Assembly: GCA_000934665.2 (NCBI GenBank)
Contig: KZ538936.1
Span: forward strand, 1 to 39,472
DNA: 39,472 bases
Direction: 5' to 3'
Source: Catajapyx aquilonaris
Lineage: Eukaryota
The notes beneath the pieces are model-generated. The model saw nothing but the letters and a program-made list of their open reading frames with translations, was not told the DNA's origin and ran no database searches. A program made the translations under genes and the position numbers. Positions 23,711-35,318 of this stretch are shown here, in pieces (within the stretch, counting starts at the first letter, position 1; every line of letters begins with the position of its first letter).

Positions 23711-23895
23711 CTGAAAGAATAATGATATGCACAATTGAAACAAGATTGGCAAATCACGTGAGCGTGATTAGAGTATACTTTTTCATACCATCCATAACTC
23801 ATTTTTGGCCAAATGCAGACTTATCCTTTTCCTCCTCCCTCCCCTCCCCTCCCCCCTTTTCCATTTTAAAATATCTATCCTATAGCAAACCCATC

Positions 23896-24245
23896 TTTTA
23901 GACCTTTTCTCATCCATTGAAAAAAGCCTTATAGCACGGCTCTGTCTGTCCGTCCGTCCGTGGACAAGTATCAAGGGGTAGGAGGAGGGAGGGGGAAAGG
24001 GTGATCTGGGGGTGGGGGGACTGGGAGGTCAGGGGGAGGGGGTGGCCGGGGAAATNNNNNNNNNNNNNNNNNNNNNNNNNNNNNGGGGAAGGGAGCAGCC
24101 AGGGGGAAGGGGCGGATCGAGCGAACCCGGAACCCAAAAATCGAAAAAAAGTCTTATAGCAAGGCTCTGTCTGTCTGTCTGACAACTGTCCAGACAGACA
24201 GACAGACCCGTTCTATAAGACTTTTTTTCTCGAAAAAGTCTAAAA
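23896..24245. mobile_element. Helentron/DINE-1-like non-autonomous element (interrupted by a gap)
   Basis: TTTTAGACCTTTTC…GAAAAAGTCTAAAA ends; module AAAAAAG(C/T)CTTATAG…(CTGT/CCGT)n present twice direct and once inverted. Family assignment is from architecture only. Confidence 0.55.
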
Positions 24246-24439
24246 CAGAAAGTATCATAGCATATCACCATGCTTATTACTCATGGCATAGCACTCCTGT
24301 CGTATAATAATCAAGTGGGATCACATAAATCCATGATTTAATTGCATATGCATTGAAACAAATCCCAACATTTTTCACCATGTCTCCTTCCTGTACCTCA
24401 CATAATGTGCAATATACATGGTGTACCAATGGAAATGTC

Positions 24440-24847
24440 TACAGTAGTTCAGAATTGTTTGTCACTAAGCTGCCTATTGGTTAGCAGTTACTTTTTGTGG
24501 TTATCAAAAGTATTAGCTGCTAGTATTAGGTTGCATGAACCCAGCCTTTTAAAGCCTGCAAAAATGGCTTCTAGTATTCATGCTTTAAGCAATTTGTTCC
24601 AATGGTTCCCCCAAAGCGGCCTATGGCCCCATAATGGGATATGTTAAATAAAATTAATAAAGAAAAAATTTGTTCCGGTGGGCCATCCCCAATTATTGCA
24701 ATTCAGAACTTGGATATGTATTTTTGCCTAATATTAGTTATTAGCAGCCAATACTGATAACCACTATAAGTAACTTCTCCAAAGTAATTACTACAGCTTA
24801 GCATCAAAAAACTGCTAACCACTTTGGAAGTTTTAATAGGTACTGTA
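24440..24847. mobile_element. Highly decayed inverted-repeat element
   Basis: TACAGTA…TACTGTA ends and inverted blocks GTGGTTATCA…GTATTAGCTGCTA / TAGCAGCCAATACTGATAACCAC. Confidence 0.4.
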
Positions 24848-24988
24848 CAGCCAGTACCTTACAAAGTTTTCGCTATAACCTTGGCATCAGGACCAACATC
24901 CAAATGCAATGTCAATGCTTTATTTGTTGTCATCCAATCTTATTGCAGGCAGATCCAATCACTTGCAGCAGAAACATGTAAACATGTA

Positions 24989-25918
24989 CAGGGTGTTTAA
25001 AAACTGTACAAATTTTAGTGGGAGAGAAGGAACATCAAGAAAAATATTTTTCATCAATGAATGTATGTCTGCTGATGTCATCCTTCAGCATTAAAGGAGC
25101 TGTTTGGCAGTGATGTATTTGGCTCGAGAGGCAAAATGGGAACAGAGATTGGACCTGGATTTGCAGTTGGCATTCATAAATCTGACACAGTGCCTGTAAC
25201 GTGGGGACACATGCCCAAGACTCAGAGGAAGACCCCATTGCAAGAATCCCTGTTGCCAATGCAATTGTTCATGAAATGCCAGGAATCTTTGAAAATGTAC
25301 AGCAATCAATGCTTCAATGCTGTGGAGCATACAATGCTGTTGTCCGTCATTTAGCACCTTCATTGAATAGACATATTGTTCACACTGGTTTCCAATCATT
25401 TATGTACAGCTCACCACTATCTGTCAGTGCCCTCCAGCCCACGGACACTACCCCTATCTTCTGGGCTTATCACCTGCCGAGGGATTACGCACCGACTGCT
25501 CACTTGAGACCTCCACGAGACATTTCCCAGAGCATTTACGTGGCGACCCTACCGGACTAAGGCTGAACTTTATAGGTAAGAAGAGGAGGGCTACATTGGG
25601 GGGGCCAACATGGCCACCGGCGGCCATATTGGGCCAGCATGTAGCCCTCCCCTTCGTACCTATAAAGTTCAGCCTTAGTCCGGTAGGGTCGCCACGTAAA
25701 TGCTCTGGGAAATGTCTCGTGGAGGTCTCAAGTGAGCAGTCGGTGCGTAATCCTTCGGCAGGGGGTGGGTGGGGAGTGACCTAACCTGTCTTCTACAGCC
25801 GTGGTGCCCTCTAACACTGAAGGATGATGTTAATTGACACACATGCATGAACGGAAACAGTTTGTGTTGCTGTTCCTGATCTAGCATTGAAATTTGTACA
25901 CAGTTTTTTAACACCCTG
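24989..25918 (+). mobile_element. Tc1-like deleted element with C-terminal transposase remnant and nested palindrome
   Basis: TA|CAGGGTGTTTAAAAACTGT…ACAGTTTTTTAACACCCTG|TA, ~100-bp diverged TIRs; peptide DSEEDPIARI…EMPGIFENVQQSMLQCC resembles Tc1-like C-termini. Confidence 0.75.
25473..25762. mobile_element. Young fold-back element, ~145-bp arms with almost no spacer, family unassigned
   Basis: CCTGCCGA…GGCTACAT…AACATGGCC / GGCCATATT…ATGTAGCC…TCGGCAGG; the outer ~105 bp are almost perfectly complementary and CpGs are retained. Confidence 0.85.
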
Positions 25919-26108
25919 TATAGCCTGCACACCACACACTAACCATCTTTCCCATATTTTATCCAAAAATATTATCAGTGTTTCATGTGCACCTGCTCCT
26001 CCATAATTGCCAGGAATCAGGACATCATTGTCAATGTCACTAGCATATTCACCAAAAACAGTTGCTTATGAAATTAATCATTGCCATCAAAATATCAATT
26101 TACATATA

Positions 26109-26315
26109 CAGGCTGGTTCAACTTTTTTGTCCCAACAGTTATCAGAAATACTGCACTAAGCTGCTACTTTGTAAACAGTGACTTGCCAACCTAAGATTCG
26201 CAGGGGATATTCCCCAATCCTCTGACAAATCACCGGTTGCAAGCACTGCTAACAAAGTAGCAGCTTAGTGCCATATATCCGATAACTGTTGGGACAAAAA
26301 AGTTGAAACACCCTG
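26109..26315. mobile_element. Tc1/mariner-type MITE (207 bp)
   Basis: TA|CAGG…TTCAACTTTTTTGTCCCAACAGTTATC / GATAACTGTTGGGACAAAAAAGTTGAA…CCTG|TA; arms ~75 bp. Confidence 0.85.
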
Positions 26316-26730
26316 TATTAACTTTACCACATCCTACACACTTCTAAAAATTTGGCCTGAGGTTTTCTATCACCATGACAATAAATATCACCTTGATATT
26401 CCTTTCTACAATTAATGTGCAACCCCACATTAAACCGGGTTGTTGCACTAACCCCCATGCCAGGAGAAGTTATGTGGGAAAAGTGGTGGCAGATTACTCT
26501 CTCCCGTTCTGATGTACAATTTAAATGTTGTTTATGTGGATTTTGGGCTTCCTTTTCACCTTGGAGTGCTTGGGCTTGTGTGTGAGGCCTGCAGATATCA
26601 GTGGACATTTTTCATCTTAAACCATTTTCAAAAAAAGAATTGCCATGAAAACTGAATAATTTGTTGGCACCTTTACAGCACCATATTAAGCCTAACCAAA
26701 GTGTGGGTATCCACAAACGTTTTGATTTTA

Positions 26731-27677
26731 CAGGGTTGGGCAAAATGTATGGCCTGATTTGAATCACATGGTACGGTGGTGCTGTTTGAGCATGCAAGGG
26801 ATATGGGCATGTGCTGGAGTAAGGAAGGTTTGCCATTTGCAAAATTGGTGTCTTGGTCTGCAAAGCACCGTGCAGTCATCATGGAGATTTATTTTAAAAA
26901 TCATGACTCCACCAGAGCTGTGCGAAGGATCTTTCTTCACCATTTTGGGCTGGGACGTCAGAACCAAGTCCCCGACCATCAGGCAATCATAAGGGGGGTG
27001 AAGCAGTTCCGGGACACAGCATCAGAAACCAAAAAAGCACTGGACATCCAAGAACATAGCCGACCCTCCCAAGATGTCCACAATGCGCTCCTCCGAAGTC
27101 CTTAGTGATCAGCAGTTAGGCACGCCTTGGCACTATGAATGTTGGCACACTCCCTGTGCTACATCATCCATGATGTCCTGCACTTATATCCTTACAAGAT
27201 CAAGCTGTGCAACAATTGAAAGCAAGGGACAAAGTGGCCCGAAGAACCTTTTTGGACGCTTGGAACGGCCAATAGCCCAGGAATTCGGAGTTGTGCGTTG
27301 AATACCCTTTGGGTGGGGGTCCGTTGTGTCCTAGAATAGCACTGTCCAAGGACTCCTAGGACAGTGCTATTCTGGTCCAGGCATGATGATGTGTTCAGGA
27401 ATTGCTTCACCCACCTTATGTTTGTCTGGTGGTTGATAACTTCGTCCTGATATCCCAGTTCAAAATGGCTAAGAAATATCCTTTGTAGAGCTATGGGGAA
27501 CTCGTTAATTTTAAAATAAGTCTCCACAAAGAATGCACAGTGCTCTGGCGACCACGACACCATTTTTGCAAATGGCAAACCTTCCCCACTCTAGCACATG
27601 CCAATATCCCATGCATGCTCAAACAGCATCATAGTACCACGTGATTCAAAACAGGCCATACATTTTGCCCAACCCTG
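26731..27677. mobile_element. Tc1-like element composed of two inverted 5' halves
   Basis: TA|CAGGGTTGGGCAAAATGTATGGCCTG…CAGGCCATACATTTTGCCCAACCCTG|TA; both arms encode homologous transposase N-termini (VSWSAKHRAVIMEIYFKN… on +, MVSWSPEHCAFFVETYFKI… on -). Confidence 0.88.
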
Positions 27678-27925
27678 TAAAAATATGTAAATGGTTAAGA
27701 TTGAATTGTGCCATAGTTTTATGTCACCTATGCAGTGTCACATATTTTAAATTGCTCATAATGCACATATGAATGTAGTTCACAGGAGGTCTTTCTCTTG
27801 TGTGAATTATCTCCGAGGAAAGAGACAATTTTTGAGAAACTAGAGAGCAACAAGAGAGTAGAAGTCCCTCATAAGGTACTACCAAGCACTCTTTCTCACA
27901 TCACAAACTTCCCCTACACACACAC

Positions 27926-28124
27926 CTGTCACATCCCTTAGATATGTCCCCACACTCATGCACGTGTAGTCCATGTTCTCCTGGCTCCAAACCATCAATA
28001 ACCCCCTGCACCAGACACGAGAACTTTAGCTGCACTAAGCGGACTGCTCCCAAGACTTCACCACTTCCAAATCGTCCCCCCAACATGGCCACAGCTGTCA
28101 GACTTGGAAATTCTAGAGAAGGAT
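27926..28124 (-). CDS. CCS: CCS internal exon (start of SOD-like domain)
   Basis: aatttcag|AT CCT…GAC AG|gtgtgt, 199 nt, phase 1/2; AVAMLGG…VQGVIDGLEPGEHGLHVHECGDISKGCD. Alternative in-frame acceptors lie slightly downstream. Confidence 0.9.
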
Positions 28125-28732
28125 CTGAAATTAAGAAATTAAATGTTAATTTATTACTTTACAATTCAATTAAGATTTAAACAAACTTAAAAGCATAAGA
28201 TATAAGTCGATAGCCCATGTCTTTCCATGTGTGACATCACCGAGAAGGCTTTATTGACCTTCAAATGGAAGGCATATATTTTAGCCAGATGTGAATTATA
28301 ACACATGTGAGAGAAAACGACGTCAAGGCAGTCCATCTTCTCAAACATTCAGAAACTTCCCATATGGGCAGTTTAGACAAGTCAACTAACACTTGACACC
28401 AGTTCAATTAATGTTGCAGCAACTAGAACGCTCTGGAAACTTTGGGTTGTACCAGCATGTTGATGCAACAATAACTGTCAACCATCTTATGCCTCCCATG
28501 CCATTATTGCAATACATGCAAGCAGTGATAAGTCAACTCATGCACACGCCCCCTACATGTTAGATTTACAGGTAGCTCTATCTCTCAGTATTGAGATAAG
28601 GAACTCTCATGGTGAGGTAAGGGTGCATTACTGCACTTTGCAAGAGCATTAGGGCCATATCCTGCGATTAATCAAGCTAAATATTCATTAAGTGCATCAG
28701 TGAAGCTATCATACGTATAAGGTAATACAAAC

Positions 28733-28928
28733 CAGAGGCTCCCTTCAGGACAGCCCTCCGACCAGTGCGCTCAATTGCTGTCTGAATGTCAAATGGTGTC
28801 CTAGTTGTAGTAACATACACCTTCTTATTCTCCAGATCAACTTCTTTGCTTAGAATCTGTGTATCATCCAAGGCCTTCTTGATCTTCTCAACGCAGCTTC
28901 CACATGACATCTCCGTATCAAACTCAAG
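28733..28928 (-). CDS. CCS: CCS exon encoding the Atx1/HMA-like domain
   Basis: ctcacag|CTT GAG TTT…TCT G|gtttgt, 196 nt, phase 0/1; LEFDTEMSCGSCVEKIKKAL (MxCxxC)…IERTGRRAVLKG. Confidence 0.92.
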
Positions 28929-29268
28929 CTGTGAGTATGCAAAACAAACATAATTATCAACAACTGTTAAATGGAGCTGCATTATTTTAAAATGTTACAG
29001 TAATTGGAGTTGGTTCTGTCGGTCCGGTAGCCATATCTGTAGTACTTCAAGAGCACAGCGAGATCCTTCTACCCCAAGATCCTCCTTCCTTCTTCACCTG
29101 TTCGCCAACCTTCGATTTGCGAAGTCTGCTGGTCTGCTCTACAGTTCCAAAAAGCCTAGCTAATGTCTGGATGCATAGCTGCTTTTCTGGCAGCTGTCCA
29201 GCGGATTTTACACAGCGGAGACAGTGTAAGCGCTCTCTACGCGGATTGGGTAGACTTCAGCAGTTCAC

Positions 29269-29289
29269 CTGATTTTGCCCAATCAACAT
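29269..29289 (-). CDS. CCS: Candidate CCS start exon (MLIGQNQ)
   Basis: ATG TTG ATT GGG CAA AAT CAG|gtgaac is phase 0 and joins LEFDTE in frame; too short for homology support. Confidence 0.4.
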
Positions 29290-29399
29290 TTAATGCGCAC
29301 CGTATGTCATCCGTGTGATGATTTCAAGCAATATGATATACACAAATTAGCCGATTTACATTAAATCATGCATTATAAAATTTAAATATATCACCTGTT

Positions 29400-29750
29400 A
29401 TGTTACTTACTTAATTGGGAGTTGTGGTCATGTGGCGCCCCTGTCTAGACGTCACGAGGGTGTCAACGTAGGCGTATCAATAGGAAGATAAAAAACGAAA
29501 AAAAAAGAAAAGAACGGAAGAAATCGCGAGTGTAGATAGAACTGTAGAGGAGCAAAGATCAGTCGGTTCGGGACCGTGACGCCCCTCCGAGCTACCGGGA
29601 ATCTCACAGTGTGAGTCAGACAGTGTCTGAGGGTAGTTCGGGTCCGGTCTAGCTTCTAGCGTGTCTACACCCGTTCCTGGTTTTAATTGAGAGGAGGACG
29701 GAGGGGACTTTTCTTTTGGTTTGAACTTGAGGATTCGCTTTCGGGTATGT
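29400..29750. promoter_or_regulatory. Putative bidirectional CCS / EHD promoter with non-coding first exons
   Basis: CpG-rich interval between divergent genes; minus-strand donor gtaagt at 29410, plus-strand donor candidates gtgagt at 29611 and gtatgt at 29745; CRE-like GACGTCA near 29448. Confidence 0.55.
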
Positions 29751-30375
29751 AGGGTTTTGTGGTTGCATGGTATAGAGTGGTGATGTGTCACCTAAATTGC
29801 TTGCATGTCGTCATCGAATTCAGGCCCGGGTGTTGGCGTTGCTGATTAGTGTCACGGAAAAAATGGCTATGGATAGGTGTTCCATTGAGTGGTTATGTTG
29901 ATATGCACATGGTGTCTGGAAATAAAACAGTATTGGGTGAAAGGATATGGGCTGACACAGCATCTGTGTGTGACTTTTGGATAGATTGGGATGTCACCAG
30001 CGTTGGGGGAAGAGGAAGACAAATAGAACACTTGGGATATTTTCAAAAAAAACCATTGACATTGATGCCTAGTTGTCGTGTTGGGATTTTTTTAGAAAGT
30101 TGATTTTTTTTTGATAGATGGGATTGCCCAGATTTCCTTGAGCTGCTGCACTTTCACATCTTAAATTACAATGTGGCTCACCAAGCCGCAGCTTAAAAAA
30201 CTGTGGTATTTCTGTGTTTGTGCATAATCCATGAAACTCAGAATAGCTGAGCCCCTGAATTAGAGAGCTGCATTAGAACTATAGGAACACAGGATTTGGA
30301 AGAACCAGAATGTTAATTTTTTTCCCCCTAATCTTCTTTTCTCTAACTGACCAGTCCAAAACCAAACACAGCAAG

Positions 30376-30786
30376 ATGTTCAGCTGGCTGAACCGGGATG
30401 ATGTGCGCAAGAAGGTCCCCGAAGTGTATGAAAATGTGCTGGAGGGCCTCAAGAAGATCTACAAGGCCAAGCTGCTACCGCTTGAGCAGCACTACCTCTT
30501 CCATGAGTTCCACTCTCCACAGTTGGACGACCCCGACTTTGATGCCAGGCCTATGATCCTTCTTGTTGGCCAGTATTCTACTGGAAAGACCACCTTCATC
30601 CGGTACCTGTTGGAGCGGGACTTCCCAGGCATACGGATTGGGCCAGAACCAACTACTGACCGTTTTATTGTTGTCATGCATGAGGACCAGGAGGGAACAA
30701 TTCCTGGAAATGCCCTGGTGGTTGATCCTAAAAAGCAGTTCCGCCCGCTGTCAAAGTTTGGAAACGCTTTCCTTAATCGGTTCCAG
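30376..30786 (+). CDS. EHD1: EH domain-containing protein (EHD1/Past1), coding exon 1
   Basis: MFSWL start; P-loop GQYSTGKTT, IGPEPTTD; ends CAG|gtagga, 411 nt, phase 0; upstream acceptor near 30354. Confidence 0.95.
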
Positions 30787-31241
30787 GTAGGATCAATTTA
30801 CATTTCATGGTGGATGTAAGAACAGTGCAGTGGCTGTTTCAGTAAGCCAATTTAAAGAATATTCTTCATAATGAGCTAGTAGACCAAGAGCCAGTTTATG
30901 TCTTTGTGAGTTAGCTGTCATAAGGAACATGTGATTATTTTGAACTCTCTTTTAAAAAATTAACCCAGAATTTTCTATAATTCAGGTAATTACAATTTGA
31001 CAATGATTGGTATGACGTCATTGGGTGAATAATTTGGGAAGGTAAAAGCCAAAGCTTAGACAGAGAACAGTGCCACATTTCCAAACCCCCAATGAAAGAA
31101 AGCGTTTTAGAATAAACTCTATCCTGGCTCGAAACTCTGAATATGATTTTGTGAGACATAACATGTATTGCATATGTGACTACTGTTGTGAAGCTGTGTT
31201 TCTGAATTATTTGTCCTTGTCTTACTCTTTCCACGTATCAG

Positions 31242-31636
31242 TGCTCATTGGTGGACTCACCAGTATTGAAAGGCCTATCCATTGTGGACACCCCTGGTAT
31301 CCTCTCAGGGGAAAAGCAGCGGGTGGACCGTGGCTATGACTTTACTGGCGTTCTAGAGTGGTTTGCAGAGAGGGTGGACCGCATCATCCTCCTGTTTGAT
31401 GCCCACAAGCTGGACATATCGGATGAATTTCGACGCTCTATCGAGGCACTGCGAGGTCATGATGACAAAATACGCATTGTTCTGAATAAGGCAGACATGG
31501 TTGACCACCAGCAGCTCATGAGGGTGTACGGTGCACTCATGTGGTCTCTTGGAAAAGTGCTGAACACTCCTGAGGTTGCCAGGGTCTACATCGGATCATT
31601 CTGGGACCAGCCCCTCAGATATGATGTCAACAGAAG
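31242..31636 (+). CDS. EHD1: EHD1/Past1 coding exon 2
   Basis: tatcag|TGC…AG|gtgagc, 395 nt; DTPGILSGEKQR, FDAHKLDISDE, LNKAD motifs. Confidence 0.95.
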
Positions 31637-32111
31637 GTGAGCTTGCCTACTATCACCTTCAATTGTGTCTCCACCCACCATGGTCAGGCACATAGTTTGG
31701 ATTCCTTTTCGTAATCTGTTATCTGGCATTGTTCCCACTTTTGTTGTAAGGTATCAATGAGATTAAGGTAGGGGAGGTTTCATGACGTTTAAACACATCT
31801 TGCACAAAGTTGGGCATGGTTCTGGGACAAAAACATGCACATTGAGATAATAATGTAACATCTTTGTTGCATTATTTTTCCATTCTTCAGATTATGTTGC
31901 ATCAGATGATATTAAAACCTTTATATTTCATCTTGACAAAGAATATGAAAATAATGGGACAAACCTTGAATATTCCTTTTATCTGGCAGTGGAAATAGCT
32001 AATCTTGCATTAATAATGAAGTTAAGAAGGTCTATATGGATTTACTATAGAATAAAACTTGACACCTAGCTAATATGAATACATTGTAATTGCAGTATGG
32101 TAATTAATATA

Positions 32112-32651
32112 CAGGGTGATCCAACTCTATGGCACCAGTAGTTATTGAAAAAATCGCGCAAGCTGCTTGTTTATAAGCAAGTCGTTGCTAAGAGATGCTT
32201 TCTGGCTCTTTCTGGAGAATCGGGAATAGCACCTGCTGATATTAGGTCCAATGGCCATGTAACAATAATATTTTATTTGCTGGTAACTAAACAACGCTGC
32301 CTGTTGACCTGTCACAGTTTTGCCAACAGCGGCCAACAATGAACAGACCAGAAGGCCTATTTATTGACACACCCGGGTCTGTCCAGTTCCGACGGATTAG
32401 ACCTTTGGTTTGGCAGCTAGTGACCTGATGTGAAACCCTCCAGCGAACACCAGAACAGCCTGTTTCCCACGGATGATCCTTTTTTCCCTCATTAATATTG
32501 TTACATGGGCATTGGACCTAATATCAGCAGGTGCTATTCCCGATTCTCCAGAAAGTAACTCTTATTGATCTCTTAGCAACGACCTGCTTATAAACAAGCA
32601 GCTTGTTGATTTCTCCAATAACTGTTGGTGCCACAGAGTTGGATCACCCTG
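32112..32651. mobile_element. Tc1/mariner-type MITE with ~160-bp TIRs
   Basis: TA|CAGGGTGATCCAACTCT…AGAGTTGGATCACCCTG|TA; inner arms GGAGAATCGGGAATAGCACCTGCTGATATTAGGTCCAATG are perfectly inverted. Confidence 0.88.
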
Positions 32652-34369
32652 TATATGACATTTATTGCTCAGTATACTGAAAAATGCTCCTCAGATATAT
32701 GTTGTTCTGTGTATGTTGGAGTAAGTGAGGTATGTTTGAAAAATGGCAATGATGAAGTATGTGAAAAGGAGGAATGAAGATGCTCAAACAAGAGAAAAAT
32801 TCAGCGACCAATTAGAGAATACCATTGAATGCATTGATGTTTGCAACTGCTCTCTTGAGAGATATGTGAACAAAATAAATGTCTGAAAAGGGGAACCCTG
32901 TAATTGTTACAGTTCTGTACAAAAAAAAAGTAGGTTGGAATCTTGTGACCTTCTTTGTCACTTGATGCTTCATGACTAGTGATTCATGTATTGTGCTTCA
33001 CAAGGAGAGATGGGGCAAATATAGATGTGGCAATCTCTTGATATGCCACATTTTGCCAGACATGGAAGTTTATTGCTTAATCTTTCCAACCAATTGTGTC
33101 ATTTAAAAGTATGTGGATTTATATGCAGGACAATGAGACATGGGCCCATATTTGGACAGAAATTGATTCACTCTTGTTTGGGAGTACATTTTTTTGGTCA
33201 TGTTTTTGCCTGCACATGTGCTCACCGAACCAGGGAAGGCAGTTTCCTGTCCCAGATTTAGCAATGGAAAGCCTGATTCGGCATGTGTTTGAAAAACACA
33301 GGAAACATGGATGTAAGCCGTGAGCAATGAGTACTGTTTAATTTTGGGACACCTTTATTTTCCCATCCTCACTTTATCAAGTTGTTGAAACATCAAGCAA
33401 AACATAGACCAGAAGCTAAATATTTTGGTCCAGTGCAATTTTGCAGACCTGTTATGTCGACGTGTTGCATGTTTTGGCATACAGTACACAGGAAGAAGGC
33501 CCCAAGGATGCATGACATAACACAGTGTTATTAGAATGGGAGTTGGGACTCCATCTGACATTTTCCTAGAAAATTAACTGCATTGAGTAAATTGCAGTGT
33601 AACTTTTCATTACTTGGGTGAGTGTCAAAATTATGAGAATGGCAATGCATGTGCAGACATGTGACATTTTGAAGAGAGGGGACCTTTGCTGCTAATCAAA
33701 AGTGATCAGAATGTCATGTGCCACATTTTGAATTGACTTTGTTAATGAGGATTGACTCTTGTCAAAAATGGTGCCCAGAATTGGAGAAACAAATGAATTA
33801 ATGTTATTTTAACTGGAAAGTTTTGGATATGCTACTCGTCAAATGTACTGTAAGATATTTAACATCTAATGCACTTGTCATAATTATATAGCCTTCATAG
33901 GGGCGCATTAAAAACTTCAGTCGAACCTGAAAGCTTTGACAATGTGCGAATACTAGGTATATTTTGAAAGGACTATCAGCATAGTGATAGTCGGTATTAA
34001 AAGTGCTTAGTAACTCATACTCAGAGAAAGTATCAAACTATGACTGCATTATTCTGTGATATTGATAATCTCAGTCCTCCCATGTTTCCTTGGGTAAGGA
34101 TACTGTTGGCCACTGTTGCAAAAGTTATGAATTTCAACATTTTTTCCTGTTTTAAATAGTAGCTTGCACACCAATATTAAAACCTTTAAAAATGCTTCTT
34201 GCATTGAGTAAATGGCAGGCATAATCAAAGTGTTGCATTAGTAATATTTTACCTTGTGATAAGTGTGAGCCCTTTTAGGAGTGATATTTTTTGATGTAGG
34301 TTCTCTACTTGTGTTTGATTCTGGTGGGCATTTTGAGTGAAGGAAATTGCCACATAAGTGGATGTGGTT

Positions 34370-34500
34370 TACAATGGGAACATCCTGGCATTTACTTGGA
34401 TAAGACTGATGTAAAACCACATAACTTTGGCCAGGATAGTTGGCATTAGGAGTTGAACCCAGTATCTTCCTAAATTAGTGTGATGATCCCACTACACTAG
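34370..34500 (-). mobile_element. Decayed SINE related to the 2114-2584 element
   Basis: AAACCACA…CAGGATAGTTGGC…AGGAGTTGAACCCAG parallels AAACCACAG…CAGGATGGCCGGC…GGGACTCGAACCCAG. Confidence 0.45.
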
Positions 34501-35318
34501 AATGCTTTAGTCAGTGTGCTGTGGTGCAATGCTGTTTATGTTCACAATAATAAGAGTAATAGATGTGCCAGTTGAATATAATTTAAAGAAATACATTGTG
34601 AAAGATTAAAATATCAGATACATTTTTTTGCTACTAAAGTGATATAGAATTTCTTTTTTAATTCACCATACAGTGAACATTGCATGCAGACACTCCATTA
34701 ATAGCAAAAATAATATATTGGGGTTAGTTTTAATAATTTGCTAGCACAGCACAGTCTTGGTCAGTATCCTGTCACTGATTTCTCAGCTGAAGTCTCTCCT
34801 ACCCATTTGCTCACTTCATTTACAATGATAATATCTTAAATAACAGGATTCCTAAAGAACAGGATTGTTTCTAAAGCCTCTTATGCCATGAATTGAGTAG
34901 ATCAGTAGAAGACAGAGAGTGCATGTACTATACTCAATGTAGATGGAGGGTGCATTACCAGGTAGCACAATGAGCCTGTTTGAGTTTTCTTGCACTCCTT
35001 ATTTTGCCCTCTATCCATTCACTTCAACAAGAGCCTTACGTGATTCACATTTGGCCTTTCAGTTGTGGTGTTTGTGAATGCACAGATGTCATGTTTGTGA
35101 AACAATAACATTCCTGTATACAGTGAATCTGTTTTAAATTCTCTTCACATACAGAAGCATTCATTAATTTTTCTGTTTCTTTGATAAACATTAGCCAGAA
35201 CTACATTTCTGCAATTCCCCTTCTCCCCTTCATACCATTTATTCAAATATGCAACCAACCTACATGAACTATGTGAACCACGTGACTGTATGACAATCCT
35301 TCTTCCCGGGCCTTCCAG

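Noticed and set aside
23344..23802. Stand-alone Cu/Zn SOD gene
   Set aside because: It lacks the His120 equivalent, has the CCS CxC tail and splices in frame to an HMA exon; the ORF portion above 23710 is intron.
33025..33327. Overlapping short ORFs in EHD intron 2
   Set aside because: No recognisable homology or splice support, and EHD exons 2 and 3 join in frame without them.
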